This document shows, piece after piece, positions 50,008 through 60,171 of a DNA stretch of 64,000 bases. The notes under the pieces are model-generated. The model was not told the origin of the DNA. It worked only from the letters and a program-made list of their open reading frames with translations, and searched no databases. Numbering within the stretch: position 1 is the stretch's first letter; every line of letters starts with the position of its first letter. Source of the DNA: Gemmatimonadales bacterium (GTDB taxonomy: Bacteria > Gemmatimonadota > Gemmatimonadetes > Gemmatimonadales > GWC2-71-9); contig JBFJCP010000003.1 of assembly GCA_041615815.1 (NCBI GenBank), positions 1-64,000 on the forward strand, in the 5' to 3' direction. Made by a program: the position numbers and the translations under genes.

Positions 50008-51265
50008 TGTCCTCGATGAGGTCGTCCGTGTGGGCCGCGGATACGAAGCACGCCTCGAATGGTGAAGGCGGAAGAAACACACCGTGCCGACGGGCGGCCC
50101 GATGAAAGCTCGTGAACCGCTTGGAGTCAGCAGCTTTGGCCTCCTCGAACGTGGATACGGGACCCTTCTGAAAGTAGAACCCCCACATCGCCCCGGCGTG
50201 CCCCACCGTCAGCGGTGCCCCGAGCGACTCGGCGGCCGTGGCTAGACCCTTGACCAGCGTCCGCGTCCGGTGCTCCAACACTTCATGGACGGGGTGCTCA
50301 TGAAGATGGCGCAGCGTGGCGAGCCCAGCGCTCATGGCCAGTGGATTGCCCGAGAGCGTGCCGCCTTGATAGACGGCACCGGCGGGGGCGACCATCTCCA
50401 TCAACTCGCGGCTGCCCCCATACGCGCCAACCGGTAATCCACCACCGATCACTTTGCCCAGCGTGGTCAGGTCGGGTCTGACCCCGGTGAGTCCCTGCGC
50501 CCCCTGCGGATGGACCCGAAACCCCGTCATCACCTCGTCGAAGATCAAAACCGCACCCCACGCTTTGGTGATCTCTCTGAGGCCTTCGAGGAATCCGGGA
50601 GTGGGCGGAATGAAGCCGGCGTTTCCGAGAAAGGGTTCGACGATCACCGCCGCAATGCGGTCGCCGAATTGGGTGAAGAGCGTCTCAACCCCACCAATGT
50701 CATTGAACGTCGCGGACAGGGTCAGCCTGGCCAGGCTCGTGGGGACGCCGGGGCTGTTGGGCAATCCCAGGGTCGCCACACCGCTTCCCGCCGAAACGAG
50801 GAAGCTGTCCGCATGGCCATGGTATGCACCGTCGAACTTGATGATGAGGTCTCGTCCGGTAGCGGCACGAGCCAGCCGGACCGCGGCCATGGTGGCCTCC
50901 GTGCCGCTGTTGACGAACCGAATCATCTCGATGGAGGGCATGATCTCGACCACGAGTTCGGCGAGCTCGATCTCGGCCGGACACGTGATCCCGTAGGAGA
51001 CGCCACGCGCCAGCGCTTCGGCAATGGCATTGTGGATGGTGGGATGGTCGTGACCGAGCAGCAACGCGCCCCAGGACATGACGTAATCGATGAGACGCTC
51101 CCCAGCCGTCGTCACCAAGTGGGCCCCATGCGCCTCTCGTACGAAGAACGGGTCGCCGCCCACGGCGCGAAACGCCCGCACCGGTGAGTTGACGCCGCCC
51201 GGCAACACCGCCAGCGCGCGGCTGTAGAGACCGGTGGCGTCCGTTACCGGACTGGCGTCGCCCAA
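49961..51265 (-). CDS. hemL: Glutamate-1-semialdehyde 2,1-aminomutase
   Basis: PGGVNSPVRAF, NSGTEATM, YHGH, DEVMTGFR, GKVIGGG; TTG start inferred. Confidence 0.95.
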   Translation of the reverse strand: MGDASPVTDATGLYSRALAVLPGGVNSPVRAFRAVGGDPFFVREAHGAHLVTTAGERLIDYVMSWGALLLGHDHPTIHNAIAEALARGVSYGITCPAEIELAELVVEIMPSIEMIRFVNSGTEATMAAVRLARAATGRDLIIKFDGAYHGHADSFLVSAGSGVATLGLPNSPGVPTSLARLTLSATFNDIGGVETLFTQFGDRIAAVIVEPFLGNAGFIPPTPGFLEGLREITKAWGAVLIFDEVMTGFRVHPQGAQGLTGVRPDLTTLGKVIGGGLPVGAYGGSRELMEMVAPAGAVYQGGTLSGNPLAMSAGLATLRHLHEHPVHEVLEHRTRTLVKGLATAAESLGAPLTVGHAGAMWGFYFQKGPVSTFEEAKAADSKRFTSFHRAARRHGVFLPPSPFEACFVSAAHTDDLIEDSVDKLAKALAESGRS

Positions 51266-52560
51266 AAGTCGTAGTCGTGGTTGCTGTCGACGCGCACGGA
51301 GAGGAGCTCGCCGGGACGGGCCCATCCGCCCGCGGTGACGAACGTCACCCCGTCCACATCGTCCGCCTGCCACGGCACCCGACCCACATGGGTGGCGCCC
51401 TGATCGGCCGGTTCGGCCAGCCCGTCGACCAGGAGGTCGATCTCACGCCCCACGAATCGACCCAGCCGCTCTTCCGAGATGGCTCGCCCAATTTCCGTGA
51501 GCTCGTCTTGGCGCTCGCGCTTCACCTCCGCCGGCACGTCGTCGGGGTAGACGTCTGCACGGGTTCCCTCTTGCGGCGAGTAGGTGAAGACGCCCAGCCG
51601 CTCGAACGCCATCTCTTCTACGAACTCGCACAGCGTCCGAAAATCAGCATCGGTCTCGCCTGGGAAGCCAACGATGACGGTGGTGCGGATCGCAAGGTCC
51701 GGAATCGTCTCGCGGAGCCAGGCCACCTTCTGCCGAATCGTGGCACGCCGCTCTGGGCGGCGCATCCGGTGCAGCATGACATCCGAGGCGTGTTGGATGG
51801 GGATGTCCAGATACGGCACGATCCGACGGTGCGAGGCGATCAAATCGACGAGCCGATCCGAGAGCCCGGCGGAGTAGACGTACAGAAGCCGGAACCATGG
51901 CACCGACGTCTCCTCAAGCAGCGATTCGAGCAGATCCGGGAGTTTCGGACCGGCACGCCCCAGATCTCGGCCGTAGTGTCCCAGATCCTGAGCCACCAGG
52001 TTGATCTCTTTGGCACCTTGGGCTTCGAGCAGCTGCGCTTCCCGAATCAGGCGGGTCAACGGTTCGGAGCGGTGCTTCCCCCGCATCAGGGGAATGGCGC
52101 AGAAGGCGCAGGTGTGATCGCATCCTTCGGAGATCTTGAGGTAGCGGACGTGAGCCCCCTCGCCAAAGAACGCACGCATGCCGGGATGCTGTGCCACGGG
52201 GTCACGGATAAGACCACGCTCCGCCAGGGCGGGCACCAACTTATGAAGATCGCCAAAGCCCAGAAACAGGTCCACTTCGGGGATCTCCTTGGACAGCTCC
52301 TCGCGGTAGCGTTGCACCAGACAGCCCACCGCCGCAACGGCCTTGACCTGTCCGGCGCTCTTCAGCGCGGCTGCCCCGAGCATCGCTTCGATCGACTCCT
52401 GCTTGGCGGCGTCGATGAATCCACACGTATTCACCAGAATGACGTCTGCCGTCGCGAGATCAGGAACGATGTGGGCTCCATGCCCCACGAGCTCGCCCAC
52501 CAGGCGTTCCGAGTCGACGGTAGCTTTGTCGCAACCGAGAGAAATGATGCCGAGCTTCAC
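51244..52560 (-). CDS. rimO: Ribosomal protein S12 methylthiotransferase
   Basis: SLGC.K..VDSE, NTCGFI, KISEGCDHTCAFCAIP, TRAM domain. Confidence 0.93.
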   Translation of the reverse strand: MKLGIISLGCDKATVDSERLVGELVGHGAHIVPDLATADVILVNTCGFIDAAKQESIEAMLGAAALKSAGQVKAVAAVGCLVQRYREELSKEIPEVDLFLGFGDLHKLVPALAERGLIRDPVAQHPGMRAFFGEGAHVRYLKISEGCDHTCAFCAIPLMRGKHRSEPLTRLIREAQLLEAQGAKEINLVAQDLGHYGRDLGRAGPKLPDLLESLLEETSVPWFRLLYVYSAGLSDRLVDLIASHRRIVPYLDIPIQHASDVMLHRMRRPERRATIRQKVAWLRETIPDLAIRTTVIVGFPGETDADFRTLCEFVEEMAFERLGVFTYSPQEGTRADVYPDDVPAEVKRERQDELTEIGRAISEERLGRFVGREIDLLVDGLAEPADQGATHVGRVPWQADDVDGVTFVTAGGWARPGELLSVRVDSNHDYDFWATPVR

Positions 52561-52619
52561 AATGGCGGAATATAGAGGGGGGACACCGGGAGCGGGGGCG
52601 GTGGGGCTTCCGGGGCAAC

Positions 52620-52649
52620 AAAAAAAAGGCCCCGGCCTCTGCCGGTGCC
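52620..52649 (-). terminator. Intrinsic terminator after the sigma factor gene
   Basis: GGCCCCGGC-CTCT-GCCGGTGCC stem next to an 8-A run (U-tail on the - strand). Confidence 0.7.
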
Positions 52650-52707
52650 ACGGGTAGACGCTTCGCTGCTCCTTACCGTGTCCCGCTCCCCACTCCCTAC
52701 TCCGGGT

Positions 52708-53562
52708 TCACGTGAGGAAACTCTCCAAGGCCCGGGCGCGACTCGCGTGGCGAAGTCGGGCCAACGCCTTCTCTTTGATCTGGCGGACGCGCTCTCGCGT
52801 GATCCCCATCATGCTCCCAATCTCCTCGAGCGTCATCGGGTCCTGTCCGTCGAGCCCGAAATACAGACGCAGGATTCTCGCCTCGCGCTCCTTGAGCGTG
52901 CCGAGGACCTCCTCCACGGATTCACTGAGCGCCCGCTCGAAGGTCTCGTCATCCGGCCCAGGATTCTGCGTGTCGGGCAGGTAGTCCAGCAGCTTGTTGT
53001 CTTCGCCCGGTGTCAGGGGTGCATCGAGGGAGAGGTGGCTCTGCGAGATCGAGAGGGTTTTGGCCACCTCGTCTTCTGAGATGTCCATACCTTCGGCGAT
53101 TTCTTCGACGGTCGGCTCGCGTCCCAGTTCTTGCTGAAGCGCGGAGGAACGCTTCCCGATCCGATGCAGCGTGCCCGCGCGGTTCAGCGGCACGCGAACG
53201 ATCCGACTCTGTTCGGCGAGCGCCTGGAGAATGGCCTGCCGGATCCACCAGACCGCGTATGAGATGAACTTGATACCTTTGGTTTCGTCGAACTTGTGGG
53301 CGGCGCGGATGAGGCCGAGGTTTCCCTCGTTGATGAGATCGGAGAGGCTCACACCTTGGTTTTGGTACTTCTTCGCCACGGACACCACGAAGCGGAGGTT
53401 GCTCCGGACGAGCTTGTCGAGCGACTCCTGACACCCCTGTTTGATCAGCTTGGCGAGATCAACCTCGTCCTCGCGCGTGATCAGGGGATACTGACTGATC
53501 TCCCTCAGATACTGGTCGAGCGATCCCTCATCGACCGACGTTCTCTTGGTTGGCGTTTGCAT
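52708..53562 (-). CDS. RpoD/SigA-family sigma-70 factor lacking region 1.1
   Basis: LDQYLREI, NLRFVVSVAKKY, DLINEGNLGL, KFISYAVWWIRQ, TRERVRQI. Confidence 0.93.
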   Translation of the reverse strand: MQTPTKRTSVDEGSLDQYLREISQYPLITREDEVDLAKLIKQGCQESLDKLVRSNLRFVVSVAKKYQNQGVSLSDLINEGNLGLIRAAHKFDETKGIKFISYAVWWIRQAILQALAEQSRIVRVPLNRAGTLHRIGKRSSALQQELGREPTVEEIAEGMDISEDEVAKTLSISQSHLSLDAPLTPGEDNKLLDYLPDTQNPGPDDETFERALSESVEEVLGTLKEREARILRLYFGLDGQDPMTLEEIGSMMGITRERVRQIKEKALARLRHASRARALESFLT

Positions 53563-53695
53563 CCAGTTGCATTCCTCCACCGAGACTGGTCGGGCAACGC
53601 TCCCCTCGGCGCGTTTGCCGGCACTGCTCGAGAGACCCACTTCAACCGATCAACACGAACGCCTGTGTACCGAGGAATCCAGGTCGATCTTTACG

Positions 53696-53947
53696 TTAGC
53701 GAGGCCCTACCAAGGGCGCAACTGTGATCGACCAGCCTCTGCCAGACGCCCAGGGCTTGAGCAGCGCTACGAGGTCCGCCGTCGAACACGCATGTTCCAA
53801 CGTGGCTGCCACACACGACGCACGTTCACCTCGAGCCACCTCCACGCGCACGACCCGTGCGTGTGGCAGATCCCGGAGCGCTTGGAGATCGAGCTGTGCG
53901 CCGCCCGTACTCAAGATCACCGCCACGGATGCAAACCGTTCTCGCAT
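53696..53947 (-). CDS. Possible small hypothetical protein
   Basis: 83-aa ORF with protein-like composition filling the gap; no motif recognised. Confidence 0.3.
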   Translation of the reverse strand: MRERFASVAVILSTGGAQLDLQALRDLPHARVVRVEVARGERASCVAATLEHACSTADLVALLKPWASGRGWSITVAPLVGPR

Positions 53948-54109
53948 AGCGACACGGTAATCCCACCACCGCCCTCCCCCCATCCCATCCCATCGCACGG
54001 ACGATCAAATCCTCGCTGACCTCAGAGGACCGCCCGGCAGCCCGACCCTGCGTTCGCTCGCACCCAACCCTCGCGTCTCTCCTCCCCTCACCCCTGACTG
54101 CCCACACCG

Positions 54110-55465
54110 TCAGGTCCGCTCGAGTCCGTATTTCTCGATCTTTTTGTAGAGGTTACTCCGGGGCATGGAGAGTTTTCGAGCCGTCTCGCTGACGTTCCAC
54201 TCGTTTTCCTGCAATTTGGCCTGGAGAAACGCACGTTCGGCGGCCTGTTTGAAGGATTCGAAGGTCTCACAGTTAATGAGATCGCCTACCGCGGATTCTC
54301 CGCGAGCCCCGGTCAGACGCTCCACGTCCTCCGCCCTTACCGCATCGTCCCCCGAGAGGATCAACAGACGCTCCACCGTGTTACGGAGCTCCCGCACATT
54401 GCCCGGCCACTCCCGCTGTCCCAAGGCCTCGAGCGCACCGTCGTCGACTTTCTTGGGTTTCATCCCTCCGGCAGCAGCAAGGTCGTTGACGAATCGCTGT
54501 ACTAGCAACGGAATATCCTCGCGACGGCTTCGCAGGGGAGGCACGTCGATGGGTACGACATTCAAGCGATAGAACAGGTCCTCCCGGAAGCGGCCGGCCT
54601 CAATCTCCCCTTTCAGCTCCTTATTCGTGGCGGCGATCACGCGGACGTCTACCGTCACGGATTTCGCAGCGCCGATACGGGTAACTTCGCCTTCTTCGAG
54701 CGCCCTCAGGACTTTGGCCTGGGCAGCCAGACTCATATCCCCAACCTCATCGAGGAAGAGCGTTCCACCGTCCGCCTGCTCGAACTTGCCTGATCGGTCG
54801 GCAAAGGCACCGGTGAACGACCCCTTCATGTGACCGAACAGCTCGCTTTCGATCAATTCACCTGGTATGGCGGCGCAATTGACCTCTACAAAGGCCTTGT
54901 CAGCGCGCGGCGACTGTCGATGAACGGCACGCGCAACCAGCTCTTTCCCACTGCCGTTCTCCCCGGTGATCAGGACCCGTGCGGGCGTCGGAGCAACCTT
55001 GTTGATGACCTCGATGAGCTTCCGAATCACGCGACTCTTACCCACGATCTCGTATCGATCGCCAACGACCGACTTGAGCCGCTGGTTCTCGGATTCGAGT
55101 TCCACCTGCGCAAACACGTTCCGCAGCGTCACCAGAACGCGGTCCGTATCCAACGGCTTCTCGAGGAAATCGTACGCGCCGAGCTGGGTAGCCTCCACCG
55201 CGGTCTGAATGGTCCCATGTCCAGAGATCATTACGACCTGGGCCTGGGGATCCATCTCTCGCAATTTCCCAAGGGCTTCGAGCCCGTCCATCCCGGCCAT
55301 CTTGACGTCGAGGAACACCAAGTGGGGATGGAAATCCCCATACACTTTGAGCGCTTCGTTCCCGGAATCCACCGTTTGCACGTCGATGCCTTCGTACTCC
55401 AGCAGTTGGTGCATCGCGTCGCGCACACCCTTTTCGTCGTCTACCACCAACACACGCCTGCCCAT
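54110..55465 (-). CDS. Sigma-54-type response regulator (REC-AAA-Fis; NtrX/ZraR-like)
   Basis: VVDDE, LDVKM, GENGSGKE, ESELFGH..GSFTGA, LFLDEV, WPGNVREL. Confidence 0.92.
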   Translation of the reverse strand: MGRRVLVVDDEKGVRDAMHQLLEYEGIDVQTVDSGNEALKVYGDFHPHLVFLDVKMAGMDGLEALGKLREMDPQAQVVMISGHGTIQTAVEATQLGAYDFLEKPLDTDRVLVTLRNVFAQVELESENQRLKSVVGDRYEIVGKSRVIRKLIEVINKVAPTPARVLITGENGSGKELVARAVHRQSPRADKAFVEVNCAAIPGELIESELFGHMKGSFTGAFADRSGKFEQADGGTLFLDEVGDMSLAAQAKVLRALEEGEVTRIGAAKSVTVDVRVIAATNKELKGEIEAGRFREDLFYRLNVVPIDVPPLRSRREDIPLLVQRFVNDLAAAGGMKPKKVDDGALEALGQREWPGNVRELRNTVERLLILSGDDAVRAEDVERLTGARGESAVGDLINCETFESFKQAAERAFLQAKLQENEWNVSETARKLSMPRSNLYKKIEKYGLERT

Positions 55466-56142
55466 CACGGCACCCATCGGTAAAAAGTGACACCGTCAGG
55501 TCGAACCCGCACGTCGCCAACCGTTCGGGGGACGGCAATGTGAAACGCGCCGTCCGATCCGCCTGTCATCGAGTTGATCAATCCGGGGATCGCCACTTCC
55601 GGCAGCGGGAAGTTGCGAAGCGAGAGCTCATCGGGTCGCCAAGCGACCACCCCGGCTTGTTGCACCGTGACCGGACCGGTGGCGCGCAACGGTTCCCGAT
55701 CCGCCAGCAACCCCCCAAACGGACCCAGTGAACCCGCGACCCGCTCGGCGAGTACCTGGGCCTCCACCGTCAAGCGGTTGTCACCCAGCGACACCCGGAG
55801 GGAATCCAGGGACGATCGGGCACGCTCGTCCAACCGAGCATGAATGAGGGACGCCATTTCATTCGCCATGAGCGTCACGTACGGCGGTCCATCGCGCCGG
55901 GCGATGGCAGCTTCCTTGCGCTCCGCCGCTCGCAGCGCGGTCGTCGATGGAATGCCCGCGGCAGGAGCGGGGTCTCCACCCGAGCGCAGCTTGGCGAGTC
56001 GGCTCTGCACGTGCGTGTGGTAAAACCCGAGCATCTCACCCCGATACTGCCACGCGAGACCCGCCGACACGAGCAGAATGATCAGACACCCCACGAGGGC
56101 GACCAGCCGCTGCATACAGCTGCCAATCATTCGGCCGATCAT
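55465..56142 (-). CDS. Hypothetical membrane-anchored protein
   Basis: N-terminal TM; overlaps the stop and start codons of its neighbours. Confidence 0.55.
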   Translation of the reverse strand: MIGRMIGSCMQRLVALVGCLIILLVSAGLAWQYRGEMLGFYHTHVQSRLAKLRSGGDPAPAAGIPSTTALRAAERKEAAIARRDGPPYVTLMANEMASLIHARLDERARSSLDSLRVSLGDNRLTVEAQVLAERVAGSLGPFGGLLADREPLRATGPVTVQQAGVVAWRPDELSLRNFPLPEVAIPGLINSMTGGSDGAFHIAVPRTVGDVRVRPDGVTFYRWVP

Positions 56143-56699
56143 TCCACCAACTCCGCGCGGCATCGAACCGTGTACTTGGCACCGTCACGACGGAGCTCGC
56201 TCTCCATGAGATCGACGGTCCGGACCGAGACTTGGTCATCGAACTCCAGCTTCTCCAAGGCGACATCCAGCCCTTCCAGGGCACGGGCATGCGCATCACG
56301 CCGGGCGCGTCCGAGGGTCACGTGCGGCCGAAACGGGCGTCCTTCCAGAGGAAACCCCAACTGCTCCATCTCGAGCTCGAGTCGATGTTGGAGCAGCTCC
56401 AACGTCGGCACACCCTCGCAACCGACCCAGACGACGCGCGGACGGTGCACCGAGGGGAAGGCACCGAAACCGCTCACGGGCAACAGAAACGGCTTGGCTC
56501 CCCGGCATGCCGATCGCAGACCACTGGTGATCTCGGGCTCCTGAGCCGCCGCAACATCACCCAAGAATTTGAGCGTGAGATGCAGACCATCTGGACGGAC
56601 CCACCGAAAGGGCAACGCCGACTCCCGAAGCGGCGCCGTGGCTGCCCACACGCCCTCACGAATCTCGCGGGGGAAGTTGATCGCGATGAAGGCGCGCAT
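56139..56699 (-). CDS. thpR: RNA 2',3'-cyclic phosphodiesterase (2H family)
   Basis: MRAFIAI, HLTLKFLG, FRPHVTL. Confidence 0.92.
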   Translation of the reverse strand: MRAFIAINFPREIREGVWAATAPLRESALPFRWVRPDGLHLTLKFLGDVAAAQEPEITSGLRSACRGAKPFLLPVSGFGAFPSVHRPRVVWVGCEGVPTLELLQHRLELEMEQLGFPLEGRPFRPHVTLGRARRDAHARALEGLDVALEKLEFDDQVSVRTVDLMESELRRDGAKYTVRCRAELVE

Positions 56700-56701
56700 G
56701 C

Positions 56702-57532
56702 CTAGCGGCGCTCGGCCAGCAGCTCGAGACCTGCCTCACGCCTCCGCCGCAAGAGACTCCCGCGGCGATACCCGTCCAGATCCAATGTGACCCGGCGAAA
56801 GCCGATGCCCAACATCGCCTGACCGATGGCCCAGCGGTGCTGTCGAATTCGGGCAAACTCCGTCGGGGGCGCTTCGATCCGTGCTTCATCACCGCGGTGC
56901 CGGACCCGCAGGTCGCCCACCACACCCAGCGAGCGCAAGAGCGCTTCACTTTGCTCGATCTGCTCCAACCGCTCGGGCGTCACCTCGAGACCGTAGAGCA
57001 CGCGGCTCGAGAGACAGGGTGCCGCCGGCGCGTCCCATACCGGGATCGCGAGCGCCCGTGCCTCCGCGCGTACGTCCGACTTCGTGTAACCCGCCTCGGC
57101 GAGCGGCGAGCGGACGGCTCGCTCCGCGGCGGCGGCGAGCCCGGGTCGATGCTCGCCGAGATCATCGGCGTTGGTCCCATCGGCCACAACCGCAATGCCC
57201 CGATCGCGCGCCACCTGCCCGAGTCGATCCCAGAGCTCGCGCTTACAGAAATAGCAGCGATTCGTGGGGTTGGCGACGTAATTTGGATCCGACAGCTCCC
57301 GAGTTTCGACTTCCACCAGCGTCAGATCGAACCGTCGGGCAACGGCCCGAGCCCGGTCTCGCTGCTGCCTCGGGAGGGAATCACTCAGCCCCATCCCCGC
57401 GACCGCCCGATTCCGGCCCAACACGCGGCGCGCCACCACGGCTAACAATGCCGAGTCGACACCACCAGAATACCCAATCAGGACCGAGGGATACGTGGCA
57501 ATTAGTGCGGCGAGCTTCGAAGGGCGCGGCAT
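56702..57532 (-). CDS. larE: LarE-family ATP-dependent sulfur transferase
   Basis: PP-loop SGGVDS, RCYFCK, DGTNADD, RPG, PCLSSR, DLRVR. Confidence 0.88.
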   Translation of the reverse strand: MPRPSKLAALIATYPSVLIGYSGGVDSALLAVVARRVLGRNRAVAGMGLSDSLPRQQRDRARAVARRFDLTLVEVETRELSDPNYVANPTNRCYFCKRELWDRLGQVARDRGIAVVADGTNADDLGEHRPGLAAAAERAVRSPLAEAGYTKSDVRAEARALAIPVWDAPAAPCLSSRVLYGLEVTPERLEQIEQSEALLRSLGVVGDLRVRHRGDEARIEAPPTEFARIRQHRWAIGQAMLGIGFRRVTLDLDGYRRGSLLRRRREAGLELLAERR

Positions 57533-57579
57533 CGCCAATTAATAACAGGTCGGCCGAACGATGGGCAGATGGCCAACGC

Positions 57580-57607
57580 AAAGGGCCGGCCCCCCCACGG
57601 CCGGCCC
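57580..57607 (-). terminator. Probable intrinsic terminator
   Basis: Perfect 9-bp stem GGGCCGGCC/GGCCGGCCC with a short A-run. Confidence 0.55.
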
Positions 57608-57634
57608 AGGCGCACGACGACGACGACCGACTCG

Positions 57635-58537
57635 TCACCCCGTGCGAGTCCAGATCGCAATCACTCCACACCCCACATCCGCATTGATGTATTCACCCGG
57701 CACCTCGAACTCCCCGTAGATCTCGATCAATTCAATGTCGTGTGGGAAAACGATGTCGTCCAACAGGGTCCCGGGCACGATCTGGAAGCGAATCCCGTCG
57801 AGATAGAGATTGGGCACGCAGCGTCGGGTGCCCCGTCCCATCAACACTTGAATCCCGGGGCGACGCTGGACCCAAGGACATGTCGACCCAGCCGTGGCGA
57901 TGCTCTGGTCCGACCCCACCGTCGTCGGATTCTGGGAACTCCCGCCCACGTCCGGGGCAGCGCCAAATAGCGCCTCGTCGAGACAGTCCCCCATGTTCAC
58001 CCAGTTGAGCGACACTTTCCTGGACCGAGAGAGCGCTGCGCTCGTATCCAGGGGCCGCATTTCGTCCAGGTCGGCCCGGGTGATGAAATCGCCCGATCCG
58101 TGCTGCATGCGCTCGAAGATCTCGCCGACTCGGTTCGGGGGGAGCCGCGGGGCCTGGATCGTCAGCGCCTCGAGGGCGAACGCGCCAGGCTGGATGGGCA
58201 CTTCGACCTCGTAGAGCTTGGTCGCGGCCAGATGCACGATCGCCTCGAACGGCTGGAACCCCACGGCGCGTACACCCAGTCGATACTCCCCGAGCGGCAC
58301 GCCGGTCACGAGGAAATGGCCGTTGACGTCGGTGACGCCCACCTCCGCTGAATCGAGGAAGATCCGCGCTCCGAGGACCGGTGCGCCCCGATCCTGATCC
58401 GTGATCACACCGCGAAGCAGGGCAGTCTCTTGAGCCCGGAGCGGACCGGTAGGCATCGTCGTTGTGATGGCGAGGAGCGCGCCGCAGGCGGCGCCCCACA
58501 TCCGACACCTGGCGATGAAAACCAGTGTGTGGCGCAT
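57635..58537 (-). CDS. Exported carboxypeptidase-regulatory-like domain + TonB-plug-like protein
   Basis: G.ITD..P..GA..TD.NG.F, G.FITRADL, LYLDG, DIELIEIY, CGVIAIWTR; no barrel. Confidence 0.7.
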   Translation of the reverse strand: MRHTLVFIARCRMWGAACGALLAITTTMPTGPLRAQETALLRGVITDQDRGAPVLGARIFLDSAEVGVTDVNGHFLVTGVPLGEYRLGVRAVGFQPFEAIVHLAATKLYEVEVPIQPGAFALEALTIQAPRLPPNRVGEIFERMQHGSGDFITRADLDEMRPLDTSAALSRSRKVSLNWVNMGDCLDEALFGAAPDVGGSSQNPTTVGSDQSIATAGSTCPWVQRRPGIQVLMGRGTRRCVPNLYLDGIRFQIVPGTLLDDIVFPHDIELIEIYGEFEVPGEYINADVGCGVIAIWTRTG

Positions 58538-58762
58538 GGGTGCCCTCCGACAGTCAACCGCCTCGCACCCGGCGCCACGGCGGGCGCGGGGAGGGGCGAG
58601 AGGATTACGGAACCGCAGATCTCGAGCGGAAGCCGACCGACATCACCACACTTCAAGGCCGATGCCAGAGGGGAGCCTCCGCTGCCTGACTAAAGTTAAG
58701 GCACCCCGTTCGCTTCGAAAAGTTTCCCAATTCCGGTGTCTGGTTGCTTCTTCCGCACCCGG

Positions 58763-58778
58763 CGGCACATTTTTGGCT
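58763..58778 (+). promoter_or_regulatory. Weak candidate sigma-54 promoter
   Basis: CGGCAC-ATTTT-TGGCT, GG-N10-GC spacing, upstream of the 58810 gene. Confidence 0.35.
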
Positions 58779-58809
58779 AATAGGCTCTACGATGACTCGA
58801 GAGCGAACC

Positions 58810-60150
58810 ATGCCCAGACTGCCCATGCTCCGCACCGCTATCCCGGCGCTCCTCCTGGCCGTTTCCTTCCTCGGCTGTCGCGGCGACGCCACAGACCCCC
58901 GGGACCACGGGAGATTGACCTTTGCTGTGGCACCACTGTTTGAGAGTGCCGCCGCCGGCATCGTGGACATCGACCGCATCCAGATCGTGCTGGTTCGCTA
59001 CAGCGACGAATCGATCGTCCTGGACACGATCATCGACATCCCGGACGGGACCGACGAGGTCCAGCTGGATATCTCCGTCGAGCTGGAAAGCCCCGACGAG
59101 TTCTTCTTTTTGACGCTCACGCTGATCGATCCCCAGGGTCAGGTGGCGTTCATCGGCGGCCCCATCGACGTGTTCCCGGTCACCGGCGGCCAGCAACCGC
59201 CGACGATCGAGGTCCCCTTGCAATATGTCGGTGTGGGGGCCAATGCCGTGGCCGTCGTCGTGACACCGACCGACATGGTGGGACAGGTGGGCTTCGTCTT
59301 GCTGGACTTTGGCCAGTCGGTGACGTTGGAAGCGGTCGCCATCGATGCCAACCAGACGCCGATTCCGGGTACGCCGATTGGGTTTCGGTCGCTGGATCCC
59401 GCGTTGGTATCGGTGCCGGATGAAGGCGTTCCGACCATCGTGGGAGGCAGTACGCGAGGCTCGGCGGGGGTGGTGGCGGAGTTGTTGACCGGCCCGACCT
59501 TCACGATGCCGGTGGTAGTAGGAGCGGTCGACCCGCTGGGCGACACCTTCGAGACGACCGCCTCGGACGGACTCGTGGTACCGGACATCATCCAGTTCGG
59601 TGGGCTGAGCGACGGCACCCAGTTTCTGTTCATCGGCATCGAGTTCGAGGATGTCGTGAGTACCATTTTCGACGGCGGGACCAATACAGTGGTGGGGTTC
59701 ATCGACATCGACGTGGACCAAGATCCGGCAACCGGAGCGCAGCCCTTAACCGATGCATTCCGCCAGGACGGGGGCTCGGCGAATCTCGGTATCGAGTATT
59801 ACGTCAACCTCCAGACCACCGACGAATTCGGCCAATACCCGATCGAGCAGGTCAACCCGGACCAGACGACCACTATCGTGGGCTATGTGCCACCGGACCT
59901 CAGCGACCCGTTTACGCTCTTCTTGACGATTCCCCTGGCGCTGCTTGGGAATGACGACGGCAACGTGAACCTCGCAACCGTCCTGGGAACTCAGCCCGAA
60001 CCCACGGATATTTCACCCGATGGTTCGGGTAACTTCTCGGTGCGCGCCATCAATTCGGCGGCACCGATTTCGTCCCCCGCTCGCACGGTCACGATCACCC
60101 CAAGGCCCCTCGTGCGCCCCTGGGACCACGTAGCCAGACGTCAGCAATAG
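58810..60150 (+). CDS. Acidic lipoprotein with Ig-like and beta-sandwich domains
   Basis: FLGC lipobox, Big-like V.VTP..G.SV.L.A, DP.GD..PDI, IDVDQDPATG. Confidence 0.65.
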   Translation: MPRLPMLRTAIPALLLAVSFLGCRGDATDPRDHGRLTFAVAPLFESAAAGIVDIDRIQIVLVRYSDESIVLDTIIDIPDGTDEVQLDISVELESPDEFFFLTLTLIDPQGQVAFIGGPIDVFPVTGGQQPPTIEVPLQYVGVGANAVAVVVTPTDMVGQVGFVLLDFGQSVTLEAVAIDANQTPIPGTPIGFRSLDPALVSVPDEGVPTIVGGSTRGSAGVVAELLTGPTFTMPVVVGAVDPLGDTFETTASDGLVVPDIIQFGGLSDGTQFLFIGIEFEDVVSTIFDGGTNTVVGFIDIDVDQDPATGAQPLTDAFRQDGGSANLGIEYYVNLQTTDEFGQYPIEQVNPDQTTTIVGYVPPDLSDPFTLFLTIPLALLGNDDGNVNLATVLGTQPEPTDISPDGSGNFSVRAINSAAPISSPARTVTITPRPLVRPWDHVARRQQ

Positions 60151-60171
60151 GGCCCAGCCCGAGCGCGGGCG

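Noticed and set aside
52610..52635. Alternative pairing CCGGGGC/GCCCCGG across the A-run, suggesting an antiterminator
   Set aside because: The competing strand lies downstream of the U-tract on the transcribed strand, so it cannot pre-empt termination
52708..53562. Sigma-70 without region 1.1 as a truncation or novelty
   Set aside because: Known architecture for FCB-type primary and group-2 sigma factors; the ORF has a good SD and intact regions 1.2-4
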